Shown one piece after another: positions 24,500-37,709 of a stretch of 64,000 bases of DNA (its first letter is position 1; each line of letters begins with the position of its first letter). The notes beneath the pieces are model-generated. The model worked only from the letters and a program-made list of their open reading frames with translations, did no database searches and was not told where the DNA came from. The stretch lies in the NCBI RefSeq assembly GCF_009914755.1, contig NC_060946.1; one strand, given 5' to 3'. The translations under genes and the position numbers were made by a program. Source of the stretch: the human T2T-CHM13v2.0 reference genome, Homo sapiens.

Positions 24500-27400
24500 C
24501 GTTTCCAACGAAATCCTCCAAGCTATCCAAATATCCACTTGCAGATTCCACAGAAAGACTGTTTCAAAACTGCTCTGTCAATAGAAAGGTTCAACTCTGT
24601 TAGCTGCGTGCATATATCCCAAAGAAGATTCTGAGATTGCTTCTGTCTAGTTTTTATGGGAAGATATTTCCCTTTTCACCGTAGGCGTCAAGGCGCTCCA
24701 AATGTCCACTTCCAGATACTACAAAAAGAGTGTTTCAAACCTACTCTGTGAAAGGGAATATTCAACTCTGTGACTTGAATGCACATATCACAAAGAAGTT
24801 TCTGAGAATGCTTCTGTCGAGATTTTATATGAAGATATTCCCGTTTCCAACGAAATCCTGAAATCTATCCAAGAATCCCCTCGCAGATTCTACAAAAAGA
24901 GTGTTTCAAAACTGCTCTGTAAAAAGAAAGGTTCAACTCTGTTAGTTGAGTACACACATCACAAACAAGTTTCACAGAATGCTTCTTTCTAGCTTGCAGG
25001 GGAAGATATTCCCTTTATCACCATGGTCCTCAAACCGTCCGAAACGTCCACTTCCATATACTACAAAAAGAGCGTTTCAAACCTGCTCTAGGAAAGGCAA
25101 TGTTCAACTCTGTGACTTGAATGCAGACATCACAGAACAGTTTCTGAGAATGCTTCTGTCTAGATTTTATAGGAAGATATTCCCGTTTCCAACGAAATCT
25201 TCACAGCTATCCAAATATCCACTTGCAGATTCTACAAAAAGAGTGTATCAAAACTGCTCTGTCAAAAGGAAGGTTCTTCTCTGTTAGGTGAGTGCATACG
25301 TCATAAAGGAGTTTCTGAGAATGTTTCTGTCTAGTGGTTATGGGAAGATATTTGCTTTTTCCCCGTAGACCTCAGAGCGCTCCAAATGTCCACTTGCACA
25401 TGCTACAAAAAGAGTGCTTCAAAGCTGCTCTCTGAAAGGGAATGTTCAACTCTATGAGTTGAATGTAAACATCACAAAGACGTTTCTGAGAATGCTTCTG
25501 TCTAGATTTGATATGAAGATATTCCCGTTTCCAACGAAATCTTCAAATCTATCCAAATGTCCACTTGCAGATTCAACAAAAAGTGTTTTTCAAAACTGCT
25601 GTATCAAAAGAAAGATCCACGTCTGTTAGCTGAGTTCACACATCACAAACAAGTTTATGAGAATGCTTCTGTCTAGTTTTTATTTGAAGATATTTCCTTT
25701 CTCACCATAGACCTGAAAGCTGTCCTAATGTTCACTTCCAGATACTACAGAAAGAGTGTTTCAAAACTACTGTACGAAAGGGAATGTTCAACTCTGTGAC
25801 TTGAATGCACACATCACAAAGAAGTTTCTGAGGATGCTGCTGTCTACTTTTTATACGTAATCCCGTTTCCAACGAAATCCTCCAAGCTATCCAAATATCC
25901 ACTTGCAGATTCCACAGAAAGACTGTTTCAAAACTGCTCTGTCAATAGAAAGGTTCAACTCTGTTAGCTGCGTGCATATATCCCAAAGAAGATTTTGAGA
26001 TTGCTTCTGTCTAGTTTTTATGGGAAGATATTTCCCTTTTCACCGTAGGTGTCAAGGCTCTCCAAATGTCCACTTCCAGATACTACAAAAAGTGTGTTTC
26101 AAACCTACTCTGTGAAAGGGAATATTCAACTCTGTGACTTTAATGCACATATCACAAAGAAGTTTCTGAGAATGCTTCTGTCGAGATTTTATATGAAGAT
26201 ATTCCCGTTTCCAAAGAAATCCTGAAATCTATCCAAATATCCCCTCGCAGATTCTACAAAAAGAGTGTTTCAAAACTGCTCTGTAAAAAGAAAGGTTCAA
26301 CTCTGTTAGTTGAGTACACACATCACAAACAAGTTTCACAGAATGCTTCTTTCTAGCTTGTAGGGGAAGATATTCCCTTTATCACCATGGGCCTCCAACC
26401 GTCCGAAACGTCCACTTCCATATACTACAAAAAGAGCGTTTCAAACCTGCTCTAGGAAAGGCAATGTTCAACTCTGTGACTTGAATGCAGACATCACAGA
26501 GCAGTTTCTGAGAATGCTTCTGTCTAGATTTTATAGGAAGATATTCCCGTTTCCAACGAAATCTTCACAGCTATCCAAATATCCACTTGCAGATTCTACA
26601 AAAAGAGTGTATCAAAACTGCTCTGTCAAAAGGAAGGTTCTTCTCTGTTAGGTGAGTGCATACGTCATAAAGGAGTTTCTGAGAATGTTTCTGTCTAGTG
26701 GTTATGGGAAGATATTTGCTTTTTCACCGTAGGCCTCAGAGCGCTCCAAATATCCACTTGCACATACTACAAAAAGAGTGCCTCAAAGCTGCTCTTTGAA
26801 ACGGAATGTTCAACTCTATGAGTTGAATGCAAACATCACAAAGACGTTTCTGAGAATGCTTCTGTCTAGATTTGATATGAAGATATTACCGTTTCCAACG
26901 AAATCTTCAAATCTATCCAAATGTCCACTTGCAGATTCAACAAAAAGTGTTTTTCAGAACTGCTCTATCAAAAGAAAGATCCACCTCTGTGAGCTGAGTT
27001 CACACATCACAAACAAGTTTATGAGAATGCTTCTGTCTAGTTTTTATTTGAAGATATTTCCTTTCTCACCATAGACCTGAAAGCTGTCCTAATGTTCACT
27101 TCCAGATACTACAGAAAGAGTGTTTCAAAACTGCTGTACGAAAGGGAATGTTCAACTCTGTGACTTGAATGCACACATCACAAAGAAGTTTCTGAGGATG
27201 CTGCTGTCTACTTTTTATACGTAATCCCGTTTCCAACGAAATCCTCCAAGCTATCCAAATATCCACTTGCAGATTCCACAGAAAGACTGTTTCAAAACTG
27301 CTCTGTCAATAGAAAGGTTCAACTCTGTTAGCTGCGTGCATATATCACAAAGAAGATTCTGAGATTGCTTCTGTCTAGTTTTTATGGGAAGATATTTCCC

Positions 27401-30400
27401 TTTTCACCGTAGGCGTCAAGGCGCTCCAAATGTCCACTTCCAGATACTACAAAAAGAGTGTTTCAAACCTACTCTGTGAAAGCGAATATTCAACTCTGTG
27501 ACTTGAATGCACATATCACAAAGAAGTTTCTGAGAATGCTTCTGTCGAGATTTTATATGAAGATATTCCCGTTTCCAACGAAATCCTGAAATCTATCCAA
27601 ATATCCCCTCGCAGATTCTACAAAAAGAGTGTTTCAAAACTGTTCTGTAAAAAGAAAGGTTCAACTCTGTTAGTTGAGTACACACATCACAAACAAGTAT
27701 CACAGAATGCTTCTTTCTAGCTTGTAGGGAAAGATATTCCCTTTATCACCATGGGCCTCAAACCGTCCGAAACGTCCACTTCCATATACTACAAAAAGAG
27801 TGTTTCAAACCTGCTCTATGAAAGGCAATGTTCAACTCTGTGACTTGAATGCAGACATCACAGAGCAGTTTCTGAGAATGCTTCTGTCTAGATTTTATAG
27901 GAAGATATTCCCGTTTCCAACGAAATCTTCACAGCTATCCAAATATCCACTTGCAGATTCTACAAAAAGAGTGTATCAAAACTGCTCTGTCAAAAGGAAG
28001 GTTCTTCTCTGTTAGGTGAGTGCATACGTCATAAAGGAGTTTCTGAGAATGTTTCTGTCTAGTGGTTATGGGAAGATATTTGCTTTTTCCCCGTAGACCT
28101 CAGAGCGCTCCAAATGTCCACTTGCACATGCTACAAAAAGAGTGCTTCAAAGCTGCTCTCTGAAAGGGAATGTTCAACTCTATGAGTTGAATGTAAACAT
28201 CACAAAGACGTTTCTGAGAATGCTTCTGTCTAGATTTGATATGAAGATATTCCCGTTTCCAACGAAATCTTCAAATCTATCCAAATGTCCACTTGCAGAT
28301 TCAACAAAAAGTGTTTTTCAAAACTGCTGTATCAAAAGAAAGATCCACGTCTGTTAGCTGAGTTCACACATCACAAACAAGTTTATGAGAATGCTTCTGT
28401 CTAGTTTTTATTTGAAGATATTTCCTTTCTCACCATAGACCTGAAAGCTGTCCTAATGTTCACTTCCAGATACTACAGAAAGAGTGTTTCAAAACTGCTG
28501 TACGAAAGGGAATGTTCAACTCTGTGACTTGAATGCACACATCACAAAGAAGTTTCTGAGGATGCTGCTGTCTACTTTTTATACGTAATCCCGTTTCCAA
28601 CGAAATCCTCCAAGCTATCCAAATATCCACTTGCAGATTCCACAGAAAGACTGTTTCAAAACTGCTCTGTCAATAGAAAGGTTCAACTCTGTTAGCTGCG
28701 TGCATATATCCCAAAGAAGATTCTGAGATTGCTTCTGTCTAGTTTTTATGGGAAGATATTTCCCTTTTCACCGTAGGCGTCAAGGCGCTCCAAATGTCCA
28801 CTTCCAGATACTACAAAAAGAGTGTTTCAAACCTACTCTGTGAAAGGGAATATTCAACTCTGTGACTTGAATGCACATATCACAAAGAAGTTTCTGAGAA
28901 TGCTTCTGTCGAGATTTTATATGAAGATATTCCCGTTTCCAAAGAAATCCTGAAATCTATCCAAGAATCCCCTCGCAGATTCTACAAAAAGAGTGTTTCA
29001 AAACTGCTCTGTAAAAAGAAAGGTTCAACTCTGTTAGTTGAGTACACACATCACAAACAAGTTTCACAGAATGCTTCTTTCTAGCTTGCAGGGGAAGATA
29101 TTCCCTTTATCACCATGGTCCTCAAACCGTCCGAAACGTCCACTTCCATATACTACAAAAAGAGCGTTTCAAACCTGCTCTAGGAAAGGCAATGTTCAAC
29201 TCTGTGACTTGAATGCAGACATCACAGAACAGTTTCTGAGAATGCTTCTGTCTAGATTTTATAGGAAGATATTCCCGTTTCCAACGAAATCTTCACAGCT
29301 ATCCAAATATCCACTTGCAGATTCTACAAAAAGAGTGTATCAAAACTGCTCTGTCAAAAGGAAGGTTCTTCTCTGTTAGGTGAGTGCATACGTCATAAAG
29401 GAGTTTCTGAGAATGTTTCTGTCTAGTGGTTATGGGAAGATATTTGCTTTTTCCCCGTAGACCTCAGAGCGCTCCAAATGTCCACTTGCACATGCTACAA
29501 AAAGAGTGCTTCAAAGCTGCTCTCTGAAAGGGAATGTTCAACTCTATGAGTTGAATGTAAACATCTCAAAGACGTTTCTGAGAATGCTTCTGTCTAGATT
29601 TGATATGAAGATATTCCCGTTTCCAACGAAATCTTCAAATCTATCCAAATGTCCACTTGCAGATTCAACAAAAAGTGTTTTTCAAAACTGCTGTATCAAA
29701 AGAAAGATCCACGTCTGTTAGCTGAGTTCACACATCACAAACAAGTTTATGAGAATGCTTCTGTCTAGTTTTTATTTGAAGATATTTCCTTTCTCACCAT
29801 AGACCTGAAAGCTGTCCTAATGTTCACTTCCAGATACTACAGAAAGAGTGTTTCAAAACTACTGTACGAAAGGGAATGTTCAACTCTGTGACTTGAATGC
29901 ACACATCACAAAGAAGTTTCTGAGGATGCTGCTGTCTACTTTTTATACGTAATCCCGTTTCCAACGAAATCCTCCAAGCTATCCAAATATCCACTTGCAG
30001 ATTCCACAGAAAGACTGTTTCAAAACTGCTCTGTCAATAGAAAGGTTCAACTCTGTTAGCTGCGTGCATATATCCCAAAGAAGATTTTGAGATTGCTTCT
30101 GTCTAGTTTTTATGGGAAGATATTTCCCTTTTCACCGTAGGTGTCAAGGCTCTCCAAATGTCCACTTCCAGATACTACAAAAAGTGTGTTTCAAACCTAC
30201 TCTGTGAAAGGGAATATTCAACTCTGTGACTTTAATGCACATATCACAAAGAAGTTTCTGAGAATGCTTCTGTCGAGATTTTATATGAAGATATTCCCGT
30301 TTCCAAAGAAATCCTGAAATCTATCCAAATATCCCCTCGCAGATTCTACAAAAAGAGTGTTTCAAAACTGCTCTGTAAAAAGAAAGGTTCAACTCTGTTA

Positions 30401-32700
30401 GTTGAGTACACACATCACAAACAAGTTTCACAGAATGCTTCTTTCTAGCTTGTAGGGGAAGATATTCCCTTTATCACCATGGGCCTCCAACCGTCCGAAA
30501 CGTCCACTTCCATATACTACAAAAAGAGCGTTTCAAACCTGCTCTAGGAAAGGCAATGTTCAACTCTGTGACTTGAATGCAGACATCACAGAGCAGTTTC
30601 TGAGAATGCTTCTGTCTAGATTTTATAGGAAGATATTCCCGTTTCCAACGAAATCTTCACAGCTATCCAAATATCCACTTGCAGATTCTACAAAAAGAGT
30701 GTATCAAAACTGCTCTGTCAAAAGGAAGGTTCTTCTCTGTTAGGTGAGTGCATACGTCATAAAGGAGTTTCTGAGAATGTTTCTGTCTAGTGGTTATGGG
30801 AAGATATTTGCTTTTTCACCGTAGGCCTCAGAGCGCTCCAAATATCCACTTGCACATACTACAAAAAGAGTGCCTCAAAGCTGCTCTTTGAAACGGAATG
30901 TTCAACTCTATGAGTTGAATGCAAACATCACAAAGACGTTTCTGAGAATGCTTCTGTCTAGATTTGATATGAAGATATTACCGTTTCCAACGAAATCTTC
31001 AAATCTATCCAAATGTCCACTTGCAGATTCAACAAAAAGTGTTTTTCAGAACTGCTCTATCAAAAGAAAGATCCACCTCTGTTAGCTGAGTTCACACATC
31101 ACAAACAAGTTTATGAGAATGCTTCTGTCTAGTTTTTATTTGAAGATATTTCCTTTCTCACCATAGACCTGAAAGCTGTCCTAATGTTCACTTCCAGATA
31201 CTACAGAAAGAGTGTTTCAAAACTGCTGTACGAAAGGGAATGTTCAACTCTGTGACTTGAATGCACACATCACAAAGAAGTTTCTGAGGATGCTGCTGTC
31301 TACTTTTTATACGTAATCCCGTTTCCAACGAAATCCTCCAAGCTATCCAAATATCCACTTGCAGATTCCACAGAAAGACTGTTTCAAAACTGCTCTGTCA
31401 ATAGAAAGGTTCAACTCTGTTAGCTGCGTGCATATATCCCAAAGAAGATTCTGAGATTGCTTCTGTCTAGTTTTTATGGGAAGATATTTCCCTTTTCACC
31501 GTAGGCGTCAAGGCGCTCCAAATGTCCACTTCCAGATACTACAAAAAGAGTGTTTCAAACCTACTCTGTGAAAGGGAATATTCAACTCTGTGACTTGAAT
31601 GCACATATCACAAAGAAGTTTCTGAGAATGCTTCTGTCGAGATTTTATATGAAGATATTCCCGTTTCCAACGAAATCCTGAAATCTATCCAAATATCCCC
31701 TCGCAGATTCTACAAAAAGAGTGTTTCAAAACTGTTCTGTAAAAAGAAAGGTTCAACTCTGTTAGTTGAGTACACACATCACAAACAAGTATCACAGAAT
31801 GCTTCTTTCTAGCTTGTAGGGAAAGATATTCACTTTATCACCATGGGCCTCAAACCGTCCGAAACGTCCACTTCCATATACTACAAAAAGAGTGTTTCAA
31901 ACCTGCTCTATGAAAGGCAATGTTCAACTCTGTGACTTGAATGCAGACATCACAGAGCAGTTTCTGAGAATGCTTCTGTCTAGATTTTATAGGAAGATAT
32001 TCCCGTTTCCAACGAAATCTTCACAGCTATCCAAATATCCACTTGCAGATTCTACAAAAAGAGTGTATCAAAACTGCTCTGTCAAAAGGAAGGTTCTTCT
32101 CTGTTAGGTGAGTGCATACGTCATAAAGGAGTTTCTGAGAATGTTTCTGTCTAGTGGTTATGGGAAGATATTTGCTTTTTCCCCGTAGACCTCAGAGCGC
32201 TCCAAATGTCCACTTGCACATGCTACAAAAAGAGTGCTTCAAAGCTGCTCTCTGAAAGGGAATGTTCAACTCTATGAGTTGAATGTAAACATCACAAAGA
32301 CGTTTCTGAGAATGCTTCTGTCTAGATTTGATATGAAGATATTACCGTTTCCAACGAAATCTTCAAATCTATCCAAATGTCCACTTGCAGATTCAACAAA
32401 AAGTGTTTTTCAAAACTGCTGTATCAAAAGAAAGATCCACGTCTGTTAGCTGAGTTCACACATCACAAACAAGTTTATGAGAATGCTTCTGTCTAGTTTT
32501 TATTTGAAGATATTTCCTTTCTCACCATAGACCTGAAAGCTGTCCTAATGTTCACTTCCAGATACTACAGAAAGAGTGTTTCAAAACTGCTGTACGAAAG
32601 GGAATGTTCAACTCTGTGACTTGAATGCACACATCACAAAGAAGTTTCTGAGGATGCTGCTGTCTACTTTTTATACGTAATCCCGTTTCCAACGAAATCC
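24500..32700. repeat. Tandem duplication of a 3-HOR (4092-bp) block, slightly diverged
   Basis: Rare variants recur at +4092: ccaagaatcc ~24870/28962, ttgcagggg ~24996/29088, aactactgtac ~25767/29859, agtgtgtttc 26091/30183, taccgttt 26887/30979; ORF pair 27800/31892. Confidence 0.85.
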
Positions 32701-35700
32701 TCCAAGCTATCCAAATATCCACTTGCAGATTCCACAGAAAGACTGTTTCAAAACTGCTCTGTCAATAGAAAGGTTCAACTCTGTTAGCTGCGTGCATATA
32801 TCCCAAAGAAGATTTTGAGATTGCTTCTGTCTAGTTTTTATGGGAAGATATTTCCCTTTTCACCGTAGGTGTCAAGGCTCTCCAAATGTCCACTTCCAGA
32901 TACTACAAAAAGAGTGTTTCAAACCTACTCTGTGAAAGGGAATATTCAACTCTGTGACTTTAATGCACATATCACAAAGAAGTTTCTGAGAATGCTTCTG
33001 TCGAGATTTTATATGAAGATATTCCCGTTTCCAAAGAAATCCTGAAATCTATCCAAATATCCCCTCGCAGATTCTACAAAAAGAGTGTTTCAAAACTGCT
33101 CTGTAAAAAGAAAGGTTCAACTCTGTTAGTTGAGTACACACATCACAAACAAGTATCACAGAATGCTTCTTTCTAGCTTGTAGGGGAAGATATTCCCTTT
33201 ATCACCATGGGCCTCAAACCGTCCGAAACGTCCACTTCCATATACTTCAAAAAGAGCGTTTCAAACCTGCTCTATGAAAGGCAATGTTCAACTCTGTGAC
33301 TTGAATGCAGACATCACAGAGCTGTTTCTGAGAATGCTTCTGTCTAGATTTTATAGGAAGATATTCCCGTTTCCAACGAAATCTTCACAGCTATCCAAAT
33401 ATCCACTTGCAGATTCTACAAAAAGAGTGTATCCAAACTGCTCTGGCAAAAGGAAGGTTCTTCTCTGTTAGGTGAGTGCATACGTCATAAAGGAGTTTCT
33501 GAGAATGTTTCTGTCTAGTGGTTATGGGAAGATATTTGCTTTTTCACCGTAGGCCTCAGAGCGCTCCAAATATCCACTTGCACATACTACAAAAAGAGTG
33601 CCTCAAAGCTGCTCTTTGAAACGGAATGTTCAACTCTATGAGTTGAATGCAAACATCACAAAGACGTTTCTGAGAATGCTTCTGTCTAGATTTGATATGA
33701 AGATATTCCCGTTTCCAACGAAATCTTCAAATCTATCCAAATGTCCACTTGCAGATTCAACAAAAAGTGTTTTTCAGAACTGCTCTATCAAAAGAAAGAT
33801 CCACCTCTGTTAGCTGAGTTCACACATCACAAACAAGTTTATGAGAATGCTTCTGTCTAGTTTTTATTTGAAGATATTTCCTTTCTCACCATAGACCTGA
33901 AAGCTGTCCTAATGTTCACTTCCAGATACTACAGAAAGAGTGTTTCAAAACTGCTGTATGAAAGGGAATGTTCAACTCTGTGACTTGAATGCACACATCA
34001 CAAAGAAGTTTCTGAGGATGCTGCTGTCTACTTTTTATATGTAATCCCGTTTCCAACGAAATCCTCCAAGCTATCCAAATATCCACTTGCAGATTCCACA
34101 GAAAGTCTGTTTCAAAACTGCTCTGTCAATAGAAAGGTTCAACTCTGTTAGCTGCGTGTATATATCCCAAAGAAGATTCTGAGATTGCTTCTGTCTAGTT
34201 TTTATGGGAAGATATTTCCCTTTTCACCGTAGGCGTCAAGGCGCTCCAAATGTCCACTTCCAGATACTACAAAAAGAGTGTTTCAAACCTACTCTGTGAA
34301 AGGGAATATTCAACTCTGTGACTTTAATGCACATATCACAAAGAAGTTTCTGATAATGCTTCTGTCGAGATTTTATATGAAGATATTCCCGTTTCCAACG
34401 AAATCCTGAAATCTATCCAAATATCCCCTCGCAGATTCTACAAAAAGAGTGTTTCAAAACTGCTCTGTAAAAAGAAAGGTTCAACTCTGTTAGTTGAGTA
34501 CACACATCACAAACAAGTTTCACAGAATGCTTCTTTCTAGCTTGTAGGGGAAGATATTCCCTTTATCACCATGGGCCTCCAACCGTCCGAAACATCCACT
34601 TCCATATACTACAAAAAGAGCGTTTCAAACCTGCTCTATGAAAGGCAATGTTCAACTCTGTGACTTGAATGCAGACATCACAGAGCAGTTTCTGAGAATG
34701 CTTCTGTCTAGATTTTATAGGAAGATATTCCCGTTTCCAACGAAATCTTCACAGCTATCCAAATATCCACTTGCAGATTCTACAAAAAGAGTGTATCAAA
34801 ACTGCTCTGTCAAAAGGAAGGTTCTTCTCTGTTAGGTGAGTGCATACGTCATAAAGGAGTTTCTGAGAATGTTTCTGTCTAGTGGTTATGGGAAGATATT
34901 TGCTTTTTCACCGTAGGCCTCAGAGCGCTCCAAATATCCACTTGCACATACTACAAAAAGAGTGCCTCAAAGCTGCTCTCTGAAACGGAATGTTCAACTC
35001 TATGAGTTGAATGCAAACATCACAAAGACGTTTCTGAGAATGCTTCTGTCTAGATTTGATATGAAGATATTCCCGTTTCCAACGAAATCTTCAAATCTAT
35101 CCAAATGTCCACTTGCAGATTCAACAAAAAGTGTTTTTCAGAACTGCTCTATCAAAAGAAAGATCCACCTCTGTTAGCTGAGTTCACACATCACAAACAA
35201 GTTTATGAGAATGCTTCTGTCTAGTTTTTATTTGAAGATATTTCCTTTCTCACCATAGACCTGAAAGCTGTCCTAATGTTCACTTCCAGATACTACAGAA
35301 AGAGTGTTTCAAAACTGCTGTACGAAAGGGAATGTTCAACTCTGTGACTTGAATGCACACATCACAAAGAAGTTTCTGAGGATGCTGCTGTCTACTTTTT
35401 ATACGTAATCCCGTTTCCAACGAAATCCTCCAAGCTATCCAAATATCCACTTGCAGATTCCACAGAAAGACTGTTTCAAAACTGCTCTGTCAATAGAAAG
35501 GTTCAACTCTGTTAGCTGCGTGCATATATCCCAAAGAAGATTCTGAGATTCCTTCTGTCTAGTTTTTATGGGAAGATATTTCCCTTTTCACCGTAGGCGT
35601 CAAGGCGCTCCAAATGTCCACTTCCAGATACTACAAAAAGAGTGTTTCAAACCTACTCTGTGAAAGGGAATATTCAACTCTGTGACTTGAATGCACATAT

Positions 35701-37709
35701 CACAAAGAAGTTTCTGAGAATGCTTCTGTCGAGATTTTATATGAAGATATTCCCGTTTCCAACGAAATCCTGAAATCTATCCAAATATCCCCTCGCAGAT
35801 TCTACAAAAAGAGTGTTTCAAAACTGCTCTGTAAAAAGAAAGGTTCAACTCTGTTAGTTGAGTACACACATCACAAACAAGTTTCACAGAATGCTTCTTT
35901 CTAGCTTGTAGGGGAAGATATTCCCTTTATCACCATGGTCCTCAAACCGTCCGAAACGTCCACTTCCATATACTACAAAAAGAGCGTTTCAAACCTGCTC
36001 TAGGAAAGGCAATGTTCAACTCTGTGACTTGAATGCAGACATCACAGAGCAGTTTCTGAGAATGCTTCTGTCTAGATTTTATAGGAAGATATTCCCGTTT
36101 CCAACGAAATCTTCACAGCTATCCAAATATCCACTTGCAGATTCTACAAAAAGAGTGTATCAAAACTGCTCTGTCAAAAGGAAGGTTCTTCTCTGTTAGG
36201 TGAGTGCATACGTCATAAAGGAGTTTCTGAGAATGTTTCTGTCTAGTGGTTATGGGAAGATATTTGCTTTTTCACCGTAGGCCTCAGAGCGCTCCAAATA
36301 TCCACTTGCACATACTACAAAAAGAGTGCCTCAAAGCTGCTCTCTGAAACGGAATGTTCAACTCTATGAGTTGAATGCAAACATCACAAAGACGTTTCTG
36401 AGAATGCTTCTGTCTAGATTTGATATGAAGATATTCCCGTTTCCAACGAAATCTTCAAATCTATCCAAATGTCCACTTGCAGATTCAACAAAAAGTGTTT
36501 TTCAGAACTGCTCTATCAAAAGAAAGATCCACCTCTGTTAGCTGAGTTCACACATCACAAACAAGTTTATGAGAATGCTTCTGTCTAGTTTTTATTTGAA
36601 GATATTTCCTTTCTCACCATAGACCTGAAAGCTGTCCTAATGTTCACTTCCAGATACTACAGAAAGAGTGTTTCAAAACTGCTGTACGAAAGGGAATGTT
36701 CAACTCTGTGACTTGAATGCACACATCACAAAGAAGTTTCTGAGGATGCTGCTGTCTACTTTTTATACGTAATCCCGTTTCCAACGAAATCCTCCAAGCT
36801 ATCCAAATATCCACTTGCAGATTCCACAGAAAGACTGTTTCAAAACTGCTCTGTCAATAGAAAGGTTCAACTCTGTTAGCTGCGTGCATATATCCCAAAG
36901 AAGATTCTGAGATTGCTTCTGTCTAGTTTTTATGGGAAGATATTTCCCTTTTCACCGTAGGCGTCAAGGCGCTCCAAATGTCCACTTCCAGATACTACAA
37001 AAAGAGTGTTTCAAACCTACTCTGTGAAAGGGAATATTCAACTCTGTGACTTGAATGCACATATCACAAAGAAGTTTCTGAGAATGCTTCTGTCGAGATT
37101 TTATATGAAGATATTCCCGTTTCCAACGAAATCCTGAAATCTATCCAAATATCCCCTCGCAGATTCTACAAAAAGAGTGTTTCAAAACTGCTCTGTAAAA
37201 AGAAAGGTTCAACTCTGTTAGTTGAGTACACACATCACAAACAAGTTTCACAGAATGCTTCTTTCTAGCTTGTAGGGGAAGATATTCCCTTTATCACCAT
37301 GGTCCTCAAACCGTCCGAAACGTCCACTTCCATATACTACAAAAAGAGCGTTTCAAACCTGCTCTAGGAAAGGCAATGTTCAACTCTGTGACTTGAATGC
37401 AGACATCACAGAACAGTTTCTGAGAATGCTTCTGTCTAGATTTTATAGGAAGATATTCCCGTTTCCAACGAAATCTTCACAGCTATCCAAATATCCACTT
37501 GCAGATTCTACAAAAAGAGTGTATCAAAACTGCTCTGTCAAAAGGAAGGTTCTTCTCTGTTAGGTGAGTGCATACGTCATAAAGGAGTTTCTGAGAATGT
37601 TTCTGTCTAGTGGTTATGGGAAGATATTTGCTTTTTCACCGTAGGCCTCAGAGCGCTCCAAATATCCACTTGCACATACTACAAAAAGAGTGCCTCAAAG
37701 CTGCTCTCT

